The notes under the pieces were generated by a model, which saw nothing but the letters and a program-made list of their open reading frames with translations, ran no database searches and was not told where the DNA came from. From positions 96,001 through 160,000 of the IMG/VR virus record IMGVR_UViG_3300028394_000001: a stretch of DNA of 64,000 nt. The stretch is one strand, 5' to 3'. Origin of the DNA: a virus. Positions 35,152-45,611 of the stretch are shown here, piece after piece. How positions within the stretch are numbered: position 1 is the first letter of the stretch; every line of letters starts with the position of its first letter. Both the position numbers and the translations under genes were made by a program.

Positions 35152-36510
35152 ATGGCAACAGGTATAAAATATTCAGGTGATTTTAAATTAATTAGTGTAA
35201 TTGTCCATTCGGCGGCAGGCGATGTTGATTTATCTTTCAATGTTAAAGAAATCTCTTATAATGAAGACCTGTTTAATAACACAACGTCTGGTTATGTAAT
35301 GATTGAAGATTCTATGGGATATATTAATAAACTTAGTTTGTCCGGCAATGAATTTATGTATTTACATATTGGTAAAGATAATAACACCACAAATATCATT
35401 AAAAAGAGTTTTCGCATCTTCACAATAAAGAAAAGAGAACCGTTAATTGATGGAAATACAGAAACGTATTCAATTTACTTTTGTTCTGAAGAACTATTTC
35501 TTTCCGAACAATACAAAATAAGTAAATCATATAAAAATTCAGACATTACCACAAATATAAAAGACATATTAAAAACATATTTGAAGGTGCCGGCCAATAG
35601 AATGGCGCAAATAGATAAAACATATGGTGTTTACGATTTCATAATTCCATTCTTAAAACCTTTTGATGCTATCAATTGGTTGTCTTCATATGCAAGACCT
35701 GGTGCCTTTGGTTCCACTACTATGGTTGGAGCTGATATGTTGTTCTATGAAAATAAATTTGGATATAATTTTAGGTCTTTGCAGAATTTATATGAACAAA
35801 GTCCAATGAGGGAGTATAGTTATTCTCCTAAAAATATGGACATTACAGACATGGCTAATAACCTAACGAATGCTCTTTCATATGAGATAATGGACTCTTT
35901 CGATACATTGGCTGGAGTTAATCAAGGTATTTTTGCAAATCGTTTATTGTCTCTTGATCCTTTATTGAGAAGATATAAAGTAACAGATTTTAATTATGCT
36001 AGTTACAGCAATAAAGTTGAAAAATTAAACTCTTGGCCAATAACAAATAATTATAAGAATCGTATGGGTGACAACTTATATGAAACCCCGGAAGCAGCTT
36101 TCAAGATGGCTTTCTCAAATTCAAACCAAAACGATTCTGCTCTCATTAAAAATAGTCCAGGTTCAGTTGCACATGACATATTTGCAGAGACCTACATACC
36201 AAATAGAACCGCACAAATACCTTTGGCAAATTATAATAGAATGAAAATTTCAGTTTGGGGTGATCCTGCATTGACTGTTGGCACTGTCATTAAGTTCAAT
36301 TTACTTTCAAAAGATCCAGTTGAAGAAAAAAAAGGTCTTGATGATTTTTATTCTGGTAATTATTTGGTTACCGCGGTAAGACACATATTAAATCCTCCAT
36401 TTCAATATAGAACTATTTTGGAAATATGCAAAGAAAGTGTTCCTACACCATATGCTGATCCAAAAAATGATAAAGTTGGTTGGAGTAATGCGGTTAAAGG
36501 AGTTATATAA
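35152..36510 (+). CDS. baseplate hub gp27-like protein
   Basis: Position between gp53 and gp5; EDLF, FYEN..GYNFRSL, SGNYLVTAVRH. Confidence 0.7.
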   Translation: MATGIKYSGDFKLISVIVHSAAGDVDLSFNVKEISYNEDLFNNTTSGYVMIEDSMGYINKLSLSGNEFMYLHIGKDNNTTNIIKKSFRIFTIKKREPLIDGNTETYSIYFCSEELFLSEQYKISKSYKNSDITTNIKDILKTYLKVPANRMAQIDKTYGVYDFIIPFLKPFDAINWLSSYARPGAFGSTTMVGADMLFYENKFGYNFRSLQNLYEQSPMREYSYSPKNMDITDMANNLTNALSYEIMDSFDTLAGVNQGIFANRLLSLDPLLRRYKVTDFNYASYSNKVEKLNSWPITNNYKNRMGDNLYETPEAAFKMAFSNSNQNDSALIKNSPGSVAHDIFAETYIPNRTAQIPLANYNRMKISVWGDPALTVGTVIKFNLLSKDPVEEKKGLDDFYSGNYLVTAVRHILNPPFQYRTILEICKESVPTPYADPKNDKVGWSNAVKGVI

Positions 36511-36839
36511 TGTCTAAGATGACTAGTAATTTTGCAGGTTTGAATGGATTCGTTTGGTGGGTAGGTGTTATTAAAGACCGAACCGACCCATTAGGTCTTG
36601 GAAGATGTAGGGTTAGAATATTTGGTTGGCATACAGATAATGTTACCTTGATACCAGATGACCATTTACCTTGGGCCACGCCGATGAACGCCATAAATGC
36701 TTCAAAAACATTTGGTGTACCTGAACTTAATGATTGGGTTGTTGGTTTCTTTTTGGATGGTGAGAGTGGCCAATACCCTGTAATGATGGGTGTTATGCCG
36801 GGAATAACACCAGAACAAAAAGCTGGATATTCAACTTAA
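36510..36839 (+). CDS. 5: gp5 N-terminal OB-fold domain (stand-alone)
   Basis: FVWWVGV..DR.DPLGLGRCRVRIFGWH...LPWA...WVVGFFLDG. Confidence 0.9.
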   Translation: MSKMTSNFAGLNGFVWWVGVIKDRTDPLGLGRCRVRIFGWHTDNVTLIPDDHLPWATPMNAINASKTFGVPELNDWVVGFFLDGESGQYPVMMGVMPGITPEQKAGYST

Positions 36840-36850
36840 TAGGAGGAAGT

Positions 36851-37726
36851 ATGGCGATTCAAGCTCAATTTGCGTTAGATTATGTCAACAGTGCTCCTGG
36901 ATCATATGATCCTGTTACTAGAACAATTAATGCACCAATACAAGCTGAATGGAAATGGGGAGGAGAGTTTTTAACTAAAGGAGTTCAAACTACTCCAGGT
37001 ATTGCTAGAGGTGCGTTACTAAACACAGGTGTTTATATCACCAATAGTCAAGTCGCCCACGTTTGTGATTTCACATTTAATTTGAATACAGACTTTTCAC
37101 TTACAGCTTTGATTCCAAATTTAGGTCTAATAACAGGTGCAATTAAGAATGGTAAAAATGCAGCTGCTAATATCATGCGAGCCGCAATCGCTCAACTAAA
37201 CAGAATATTTAGAATTGCAATTGATGCCATTTTAGGTGCATTAAATTTTGATGCAACAGGAACATTATCATTTGCATTTTCTGCACTAAAAAACATAGCA
37301 AGAAAAATTAACGAGAAACTGGAAGAAGCCGCTCAAATTATAGCCGACATTGCAATGGTCTATTTTCTTATTGAAGAATTGAAACAAATTGAAGAATGGA
37401 TTAATTCACTTGAGGGTAGAGTAAAGCAAATATTATTAAATTGTTTATTCAATTTTCAACAAGTAGGAGAATCCGTTTCAAATCAATTTAAAACTAGTTT
37501 AGCGGCCGCACAAGCTGCTGCAACAGTTAATTTAGAAACTGAAGAACAAGCACCACAAGCAAATACAAAAGAAGTAGAAAAATTTATCGAAAGTTTGGTT
37601 TATGAACCTGCCAATTTAGATACTGCTCAGGTAACGGGACAAATTGACGCGAATGTTGCTGAGTCTCAAGTTGCCACAGCAGATGTTAGTTTTGCTGATA
37701 AAATAGATAATTCAGAAAGTGTATGA
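36851..37726 (+). CDS. helical protein inserted between the gp5 halves
   Basis: SD AGGAGG; amphipathic helices; HVCD motif. Confidence 0.7.
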   Translation: MAIQAQFALDYVNSAPGSYDPVTRTINAPIQAEWKWGGEFLTKGVQTTPGIARGALLNTGVYITNSQVAHVCDFTFNLNTDFSLTALIPNLGLITGAIKNGKNAAANIMRAAIAQLNRIFRIAIDAILGALNFDATGTLSFAFSALKNIARKINEKLEEAAQIIADIAMVYFLIEELKQIEEWINSLEGRVKQILLNCLFNFQQVGESVSNQFKTSLAAAQAAATVNLETEEQAPQANTKEVEKFIESLVYEPANLDTAQVTGQIDANVAESQVATADVSFADKIDNSESV

Positions 37727-37739
37727 GGAATAATTTATA

Positions 37740-38594
37740 ATGACAATACAAAAACCAGAATTTGTTCGACTGTGGAATGAACCTTTTTCTCCCGCTGACC
37801 TAGAGAATGGAACTCCACCCATTTACCCATTTAACAATGCAACATCAACACCTAGTGGTCATGCATTTGAGTTGGATGACACTCCAACAAGAGAAAGAAT
37901 CAGATTACAACATCGTACAGGTACATTTATCGAAATGCATCCTAATGGTGATGAGGTTCATAAGGTATACGGTGATGGTTATGAGATTACAATCAAAGAT
38001 AAAAACATACTGATTGGCGCATCAGGTAAAGGAAATTTAACTGTAGAAATCAAAGGTGATGTATACATGAACGTACATGGTAATTACATTCATAATGTTG
38101 GAGGTGACTATGAACTTTCTGTAAAAGGACATTATACAACAGCAGTCGAAGGCCAAATCAGTACAAATTCAAAAGGTAAACAAGTTATTTCATCAGCTGG
38201 TCGTCTTGAATTAAATACAGGAGAAGGTGTTATTCCTGGCCAAGGAGGTTATATCAATATTAATGGTGATTTGGCGGTACGCGGTGAATTTGTTGCTGAT
38301 AAAATAACATCGACCGGTAGAATCGATTCCGCACTTGGAATAACCAGTCAAAAAATTGGTTTTTCAACTCCATTTGGTGGTTTAGCTGTCGGTTTAGCGT
38401 ACCCAATTCCATTGTCTATCAATTGTACAGGTCCGATTAATTCACAAACTATGGTCTCTGCGCCATACATAACATCATCTTTATCATCTACGATGTTAGG
38501 ATTAGATACAATCAATGGTAATTTGCGTAATATGCAATTCCATATTGCACCAAACGGCGCAACAAGTCCACCAATACCATCTGAAATAGCTTAA
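37740..38594 (+). CDS. 5: gp5 C-terminal spike (beta-helix) part
   Basis: YPFN....SGH.FELDDTP..ERI...HRTGTF.E.HPNG, followed by VxGxxxxx repeats. Confidence 0.85.
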   Translation: MTIQKPEFVRLWNEPFSPADLENGTPPIYPFNNATSTPSGHAFELDDTPTRERIRLQHRTGTFIEMHPNGDEVHKVYGDGYEITIKDKNILIGASGKGNLTVEIKGDVYMNVHGNYIHNVGGDYELSVKGHYTTAVEGQISTNSKGKQVISSAGRLELNTGEGVIPGQGGYININGDLAVRGEFVADKITSTGRIDSALGITSQKIGFSTPFGGLAVGLAYPIPLSINCTGPINSQTMVSAPYITSSLSSTMLGLDTINGNLRNMQFHIAPNGATSPPIPSEIA

Positions 38595-38604
38595 GGATTA
38601 TATT

Positions 38605-39426
38605 ATGAGTATTTACGGAAGACTAGGGTTTAATTCATCAGACCCAACCACAAATGCAACAATTACAAATTACAGTAGTGCTGTTGCCAATAATGTTGCT
38701 TTGATGCCACCACTATTAAAAAAATGGCAAACTCAAGATATTGGAGATTCGAATGTTGGTGGTTATTTTGTTAATCCGGTTGCAGCCGTGACCGCAACAA
38801 TATCTTCTACTATGAATTCCATTAATAGTGCAACTATTGGTGTTAATGTACAATCAACCATTTCAGGTACAGTAACACAAGCTTTGCGAGATTTAGGTAA
38901 TAGTGCGGCTTCATGTGTATCGACTGCTGCAAATTATTTGTATGTGACAAATAGAGAATCTAATGTTGTTGATCCAGGTACTGATACAACAACAGTTCAC
39001 TATAAAATGGCCATGGGCTATGGAAAAATTCTATCTTACTTAACATATCAATCCGATGGGGTGCAAAACAATTCTCCAATTATGGGTAATTTTACCAGTA
39101 TAACTTTAGGTAATACATTAAGTACCCTGAGTAGTTCACTGTCCTCACAACAAACTGCACTTTCATCTAGTATAACAATGGGTTCACCCAATACATCCTC
39201 TTTCTCTTTAGCACAAACACAAGCTCTACAAACTACTGTCAGTTCAATTAATACTTTAATGACCACTTATCCTGCACAAGATAATGCTTTTTTTACAAAT
39301 TCTAAAGCGGTAATAAGTGACTATTCGACCGTTTCTCCTCTAGGTGAATTGGGATCCGCAGAAAAAACACTGGTCAATAACTATATTGGAACCGAGAAGT
39401 TAAAAACCAGAATAAACTCCCAATAA
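38605..39426 (+). CDS. S/T-rich virion protein
   Basis: Position in the baseplate operon; ends IGTEKLK.RI. Confidence 0.65.
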   Translation: MSIYGRLGFNSSDPTTNATITNYSSAVANNVALMPPLLKKWQTQDIGDSNVGGYFVNPVAAVTATISSTMNSINSATIGVNVQSTISGTVTQALRDLGNSAASCVSTAANYLYVTNRESNVVDPGTDTTTVHYKMAMGYGKILSYLTYQSDGVQNNSPIMGNFTSITLGNTLSTLSSSLSSQQTALSSSITMGSPNTSSFSLAQTQALQTTVSSINTLMTTYPAQDNAFFTNSKAVISDYSTVSPLGELGSAEKTLVNNYIGTEKLKTRINSQ

Positions 39427-39442
39427 GAGTAATAAATAGAAG

Positions 39443-39835
39443 ATGGCAACATTAAAGAAATTATATTCAGATTTAGACCTCACATTCAAACGTGTGCCAG
39501 GTACGAATGATGTTGCGCTCCGTTATGATGAAAATGCCGTAATAGCCTCAATTAGAAATCTGTTGTTGACTAATTTTTACGAGAGGCCTTTTCAACCAGA
39601 TGTTGGTTCCAATTTAACCCAATTACTGTTTGAACCAGCAACAGCAATTACCGCATCAATTTTAGATATGGAAATAAGAAATACCATTAAAAATTATGAA
39701 CCAAGGGTTGCGATTAATGAATTGACAGTAACACTTAATGAAGATGGAAATGCATTTTCAGTATATTTGAGTTTTTATGTTGGAAACAATTCAGTACCAA
39801 CGGCAGTTAACCTAATTCTTCAAAGGTCCAGATAA
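39443..39835 (+). CDS. 25: baseplate wedge gp25
   Basis: YSDLDL.F...AV..SIRNL.LT...ERPF.P..G...YEPRV. Confidence 0.92.
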   Translation: MATLKKLYSDLDLTFKRVPGTNDVALRYDENAVIASIRNLLLTNFYERPFQPDVGSNLTQLLFEPATAITASILDMEIRNTIKNYEPRVAINELTVTLNEDGNAFSVYLSFYVGNNSVPTAVNLILQRSR

Positions 39836-41910
39836 TGGCATCAAATACAAACATACAAATAGCTAATCTAGATTTTGCTGATATTAAGCAAAATTTCATT
39901 ACCTATTTGAAATCACAAGATACATTTAAAGACTACAACTTTACAGGTTCAGCTCTTTCCACACTAATGGACGTTCTTGCATATAATACACAGTACAACG
40001 CTTTCTATTTAAATATGGTTGCAAATGAAATGTTTTTAGATTCAGCCTTGCAGCGTTCTTCAGTTGTATCTCATGCAAAATTAATGAATTATGTTCCAAG
40101 GTCAGCGATTGGACCCATTGCAGAAATAAATGTTATTTTTAGTGGTGTAACAACTACAAACTTTACAATTCCAAAATATACAAACTTTCTTTCAGAACCA
40201 ATGGATGGTGTAAATTATAATTATGTAACAACCTCAGAAACGACAGTTGGTGTAATTGGTACTGTTGCAAAATTTCCACTTATTGAATTGAAACAAGGAA
40301 GTATTTCATCATATAGTTTCACTGTAAACTCAACAAACAATCCAAATTATACATACGAAATTCCAGATTCCAACATTGATTTATCCACAATTGAAGTATT
40401 AGTCCAACAGTCCAGTACAAATACCTATTATGATATTTACAATAGTCAAACCAGTTATTTGGAATTAGGTCCAACAGACAAAGTATATTTTGTTCAAGAA
40501 GCTGTAAATGGAAATTATCAGATTTATTTTGGTGATGGTGTTTTAGGAAATAAACTGTCTGATGGAAATATTATAAGTGTTACTTATCTGACAACATCGG
40601 GAACTGCTGGTGGATTAGCTAATAATTTCGTACTTATGGATAATATTGGTTCTTATTCCGCTTTAACCATAAATCCAATCATGGCGGCAACACAAGGTAC
40701 AGAAAAAGAATCAATTGCTTCTATTAAATTTCAAGCACCAAAGGCCTTTGCATCACAAGGTCGTGCAGTAAGTAAAAATGATTATATTACAGCAGTTCAA
40801 CAAAACTCCTTAGGTATTTCTTTTGATGCTGTTTCGGTTTGGGGCGGTCAGGAAAATAAACCGCCTGTTTATGGTCAAGTGTTTATTGCATTAAAACCAG
40901 CCGGTGCTTATGATTTGACAACAACACAAAAAGAATTAATCATGTCTCAGGTTCTCAAACCAATCAGTATGATGACGGTTGAACCTGTGATTGTAAATCC
41001 TGATTATACTTACATTCAAGTATCTGCAAATGTACTCTACAATTCAGCGCAAACCACTTTGTCTTCAGGTACAATGCAAACAGGAATACAAACTGCAATT
41101 TACAATTATGCATCTACAAAATTAAACACTTTCAATTCAACATTTAGTTCTTATGACGTTTTGAATACAATAAACTCATACAATAAATCTATTCTTTCTT
41201 CCGATTTCACTATTAAGGTTCAAAAGAAGTTTTATCCCACAATAGGTACTGCAACAACTTATAATCTTTATTTTAACAGTTCATTGAAACGAGGAATGTT
41301 TGGTAGTTCTTTGACCACTTATCCAGGAATAACAATTGTAAATCCTAGTAACATTACAACAAATTTAACAGGTATTTACTTTGAGGAAGTACCAACTCTA
41401 ACCGTTGGTGTAGATTCCATTTCAGTAATTAACACAGGTTATAATTATACCAAAACACCAACCGTTGTAATTAATGGTGACGGAACAGGTGCAACAGCTA
41501 CTGCCAAAATCGTCAACAACAAGTTATATTCTGTCACCGTAACAAATGCAGGCGTTGGTTATACAACTGCATTGGCCACAATTGTTCCCGCTACTGGAGA
41601 CGCAACAGGAACAGGAGCTGGTGTGGTTTTAAAACTACAAGGTCAATATGGTACAATTAGAAGTTACTATAATGATACAGTAAAAGGTAAGATTGTGGTT
41701 TCTGAAAATGCTGGTACAATTGATTATGAGAATGGAGTAATTTCTCTAGTGAATATGAATCCAGTAGCTATTGAAAATGATTTAGGACAATTAACTGTTT
41801 CAATTGAACCAACGACAACCATCATTTCTTCTTCGTTAAATAGAATAATTACAATTGATCCATACGACCCATCTGCGGTAACTATTTCTATTACAGCTAA
41901 GAGAAGTTAA
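39835..41910 (+). CDS. 6: baseplate wedge gp6
   Basis: LDF..IK..F..YL..Q..FKDYNF.GS...LAYNT.YN.FY.NM..NE.FLDSA..R.SVVS.AK. Confidence 0.95.
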   Translation: MASNTNIQIANLDFADIKQNFITYLKSQDTFKDYNFTGSALSTLMDVLAYNTQYNAFYLNMVANEMFLDSALQRSSVVSHAKLMNYVPRSAIGPIAEINVIFSGVTTTNFTIPKYTNFLSEPMDGVNYNYVTTSETTVGVIGTVAKFPLIELKQGSISSYSFTVNSTNNPNYTYEIPDSNIDLSTIEVLVQQSSTNTYYDIYNSQTSYLELGPTDKVYFVQEAVNGNYQIYFGDGVLGNKLSDGNIISVTYLTTSGTAGGLANNFVLMDNIGSYSALTINPIMAATQGTEKESIASIKFQAPKAFASQGRAVSKNDYITAVQQNSLGISFDAVSVWGGQENKPPVYGQVFIALKPAGAYDLTTTQKELIMSQVLKPISMMTVEPVIVNPDYTYIQVSANVLYNSAQTTLSSGTMQTGIQTAIYNYASTKLNTFNSTFSSYDVLNTINSYNKSILSSDFTIKVQKKFYPTIGTATTYNLYFNSSLKRGMFGSSLTTYPGITIVNPSNITTNLTGIYFEEVPTLTVGVDSISVINTGYNYTKTPTVVINGDGTGATATAKIVNNKLYSVTVTNAGVGYTTALATIVPATGDATGTGAGVVLKLQGQYGTIRSYYNDTVKGKIVVSENAGTIDYENGVISLVNMNPVAIENDLGQLTVSIEPTTTIISSSLNRIITIDPYDPSAVTISITAKRS

Positions 41911-41914
41911 TTAA

Positions 41915-44900
41915 ATGTTACAAAGTACCAATAAAACATCGTTACTGGTTCCCTTTCAGCTTCCTAAATTCATTAGTGAGGACCCAAACTACGCCAATTT
42001 TGTTCTATTCATACAGGCATACTATGAATGGTTAGAGGAACAAAATAACACATTAGATTTTTCCAAAAATTTACTCAATTACATGGATGTGGACACAACC
42101 ACAGAACAGTTTTTACAGTATTATGTGAATGATTTTATGTCATATTTCCCACAGGAAATATTGGCAGATAAAACAAAAGCAATCAAGATAGCAAAGGAAT
42201 TGTATCAAAGTAAAGGTACACCTGCATCCTATAAGTTTTTATTTAGGACACTTTACAATACTGATGTGGATTTTTTCTACACAAAAGACGCCGTTCTTAA
42301 AGCTTCCTCAGGTAAATGGTATGTTTCTAAAAGTTTGAAATTGGCGACCAGTGATAAAAACTTTTTATCCATTCAGAATCTTAGATTGTTTGGTCAAACC
42401 TCGAAATCTATAGGAACAGTTGAATCTGCAATATATGATGGTCTTAAAACTGAAGTATTCATTTCAAATATCGAAAGACTTTTCGAATCAGGTGAAAAAG
42501 TAATAGTTGTAAATTCTTCAAATCAGCCTGTATATTTCTTGAACGGTGAAATTGTACCGGCAGGAACAGCAGGATCCGAAACATTAACAGCACAGATTGT
42601 TGGCCAAATTAGTCAAGTTAAGATTGATCCAAAAAATAGGGGCCTTTCATATCAAACAAAAGACCCAGTTGTTGTTTATGGTGGATTAAATTCAAATGTA
42701 GCAAATCCTCTTGGAGCTACTGTTGAAGTTGGTTCAGTTACTTCAGGTTCCATACAAAGGGTTACTGTTATCACAGAAGGTTATGGTTACACAACCAGTG
42801 AAGCTAACACACAAGTGGGTGGATCAAATACCTATATCAATATAACAAATTTGGTAGGTACAAGTCCGCAAGCACCTATTATTGTTGTTGGTTCTCTAAA
42901 TCCTGTAGGTATTGCAAATGTGACATTTATACCTAAAGATAGTATTCAATTAAAACGATACCACTATCTAGGTAACATTGCAGGTAGCTCAGGTGCAAAT
43001 ACTTTTAATTCATCCACAGGACTTTGGACACAACAATCTTATCAGTTTGCTAATTTAGCTTTTTCAAATGCAAACACAACTTTAGTTAATGCATTTAGTT
43101 TTGGTAGTTTTTCTACATTTCCACTATCTTCTGTTATTGTTCAAAATCAAGGTGGTGGTATCACAGTTCCACCAGATATTCAAGCAATTTCAGAATATAC
43201 TACCGATGTATACTCTCAAACAACCCTATCAAACTTGGCAATTCTTGCACCAATTCAAATTATTAAACCGGGTTCAGGTTATTCTAATAATGACCAGATT
43301 GTATTTATTGGTGGTACCGGTTATGGTGCGTTTGCGAATGTAACTGTCAATGGTACAGGATCAATTATTTCTGTTGATTATGTAAGCAATTCAACAAACA
43401 AAATGACATTAGGTGGAATGGGTTATTTTAATTTACCTAAAGTTGTAGTTGGCCGAACAGGTGGTGGTAATGTGACCGTTTCGACCACAAGCAATGTAGT
43501 TACAGGAAACGGAACAAGCTTCACCACACAATTTAGTAATGGTGCTTTACTGGTGTCTAATACTAATATTATTATTGGAACAGTTCAATCTATTGTAAAT
43601 TCTAATTCAATGATATTGACTGCTAATTCTAATTATACGTTAAATGCAAATTCATACTATCTGGGAACAGCAATATTATCAGTTGATAGTATTTTAGGAA
43701 CAGGCGCAACATTTTCCCAAGTATTGAATCGTGTTGGTTCAATTACATCATTTAATATTATAGAAAACGGTGAAGATTATATTGGTGCACCTAAAGTATC
43801 TCTTAAAGTACAAGATTTAATTGTATCTAATGTTTCTCCTTCAATAATTCCTTCAATCGGTGACATTATTTACCAAGGTGCAAACACTAATACAGCAACA
43901 TATACAGCTTTAGTAGACTCTATTAATGTTTTGGAAAATTCCATTCCTGCAACCAATAGCATCTATCAGCTAAGAGTATATAATTATAATTCAATACCAC
44001 AAAAATCATTACCTTTGAAAATTGATTCAAAAGGCGCGTCAGTTAAATTAGTTGGAGGTTATACAAATAATTTTAATACAACTTTCGATAACTCAGTTGA
44101 TAACAAAAGATTTGATTCAGCTAACGGTGTTATTACTTACGGTGACGGTTTTGCAAAAGCGAATGCAACTTTCTTGTCAGGTTTAGTCATAGGAAACGGT
44201 CAATACTTAGACAAAACGGGCCAACCGAGTTCGTTTGATGTATTGCAAAGTGAAGATTATAATAACTATACCTATCAAATTACTTTATCAAAAGAGATAG
44301 AAAAATATCGTGATGTACTATTAAACCTATTACATCCATCTGGAACAAAAGTTCTTGGTCGAGTTGTTATGACTTCAAATAATAATATGGACTTTGAGAC
44401 AAAATATGCATTGGATACAGGATATACACTAGGTTATTATGCAGGAAATACTGCTACCGTAACAATTCCAGCTGGCACTTCAACGAGTACAAGTAACAAT
44501 ATTATCAAATTTAACAATTTGTATGGTGCAAATGTTTCAGATTTTATTACCGCAAATTCTACAGAATTAGTCTTCACATACGGAACAGAAGTTAATGATG
44601 TCTTTCATGGTTTAGTTGTTAAGGTAGATAATGCATCCAATACTGTAACAATGGAAGATAATGTTTGGACATATTTTGCTAATGTGGCTATCGGTTCATC
44701 AGCAAATGGTAATAACCAAGTCATAAATATACAGTCATTGACATGGAGTTATAACATTATCAACAATGGCCATTACAGCAACACCGCATATCCTGTAAAG
44801 GATATTATTCGTGTTGGAGATAAGATTACAGTTAATGGAGTGGCTCAAACAGTAACAGCATTTGGTTCACCTTTTACTTCAGCTACTCTAAGTGGTCCTC

Positions 44901-45067
44901 TGACAAGTGGTGCAAACGGTTACATTTCAGTGGGAAGAAGTATAACTTCATTATACAATCAAGTCCAAATTATTGGACCAGTGGGAACACAATATCTCTC
45001 GGAACTAGGAACAGAAAACGGTGATATATTAACTTCAGAAACAGGCGCATGGTTATTAATAGGATAA
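41915..45067 (+). CDS. 7: baseplate wedge initiator gp7-like
   Basis: Y.SKGT..SYKFLFR.LY; LQ...YN.Y.Y...LLHPSG; position after gp6. Confidence 0.8.
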   Translation: MLQSTNKTSLLVPFQLPKFISEDPNYANFVLFIQAYYEWLEEQNNTLDFSKNLLNYMDVDTTTEQFLQYYVNDFMSYFPQEILADKTKAIKIAKELYQSKGTPASYKFLFRTLYNTDVDFFYTKDAVLKASSGKWYVSKSLKLATSDKNFLSIQNLRLFGQTSKSIGTVESAIYDGLKTEVFISNIERLFESGEKVIVVNSSNQPVYFLNGEIVPAGTAGSETLTAQIVGQISQVKIDPKNRGLSYQTKDPVVVYGGLNSNVANPLGATVEVGSVTSGSIQRVTVITEGYGYTTSEANTQVGGSNTYINITNLVGTSPQAPIIVVGSLNPVGIANVTFIPKDSIQLKRYHYLGNIAGSSGANTFNSSTGLWTQQSYQFANLAFSNANTTLVNAFSFGSFSTFPLSSVIVQNQGGGITVPPDIQAISEYTTDVYSQTTLSNLAILAPIQIIKPGSGYSNNDQIVFIGGTGYGAFANVTVNGTGSIISVDYVSNSTNKMTLGGMGYFNLPKVVVGRTGGGNVTVSTTSNVVTGNGTSFTTQFSNGALLVSNTNIIIGTVQSIVNSNSMILTANSNYTLNANSYYLGTAILSVDSILGTGATFSQVLNRVGSITSFNIIENGEDYIGAPKVSLKVQDLIVSNVSPSIIPSIGDIIYQGANTNTATYTALVDSINVLENSIPATNSIYQLRVYNYNSIPQKSLPLKIDSKGASVKLVGGYTNNFNTTFDNSVDNKRFDSANGVITYGDGFAKANATFLSGLVIGNGQYLDKTGQPSSFDVLQSEDYNNYTYQITLSKEIEKYRDVLLNLLHPSGTKVLGRVVMTSNNNMDFETKYALDTGYTLGYYAGNTATVTIPAGTSTSTSNNIIKFNNLYGANVSDFITANSTELVFTYGTEVNDVFHGLVVKVDNASNTVTMEDNVWTYFANVAIGSSANGNNQVINIQSLTWSYNIINNGHYSNTAYPVKDIIRVGDKITVNGVAQTVTAFGSPFTSATLSGPLTSGANGYISVGRSITSLYNQVQIIGPVGTQYLSELGTENGDILTSETGAWLLIG

Positions 45068-45070
45068 AAA

Positions 45071-45601
45071 ATGTCAACAATTAAAATTTCAGAATTACCT
45101 AAATTCAATACAATCAATGCAAACACAGCAAACACTTTGTTTGTTGGTGTTGATATACCGTCTGCACAAACATTCCATTATACTGCTGGAACATTAGCAG
45201 CTGGTCTATTTGCGAATACTGAATTGGTTGTTGGTAACAGCAAGAACTTAACTATTACAGGCAATACATTTCCACAAAAAGGATTCATTTTTACACCTAG
45301 AATTTTACAAGGTGCTCAGACAGCTATCACAATCGATTTTGCAACAGATTCTGTGATCCGTGCTACTTTTGCAGCTACAGTAACAAATACATTATCAAAT
45401 TATGTTGCAGGTAAGGTTGTTGAAGTGTGGTTAACAAACACAGCAGGCAATACCCAAAGTTTGACACACGGTTGTTTGGCAAATAATTCAACAACAGGAA
45501 CAACTTCAACAAATGTCTCAGCTGGACACACTATCTATTTAAAATACTTTAGTATTGCTGGAGACCTTGCAAATACTTTTGTTTCTGTTGTAAAATCATA
45601 A
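45071..45601 (+). CDS. virion protein (short fibre/connector-like)
   Basis: MSTIKISELP N-terminal motif of fibre-type proteins. Confidence 0.6.
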   Translation: MSTIKISELPKFNTINANTANTLFVGVDIPSAQTFHYTAGTLAAGLFANTELVVGNSKNLTITGNTFPQKGFIFTPRILQGAQTAITIDFATDSVIRATFAATVTNTLSNYVAGKVVEVWLTNTAGNTQSLTHGCLANNSTTGTTSTNVSAGHTIYLKYFSIAGDLANTFVSVVKS

Positions 45602-45611
45602 TAAATAAATC

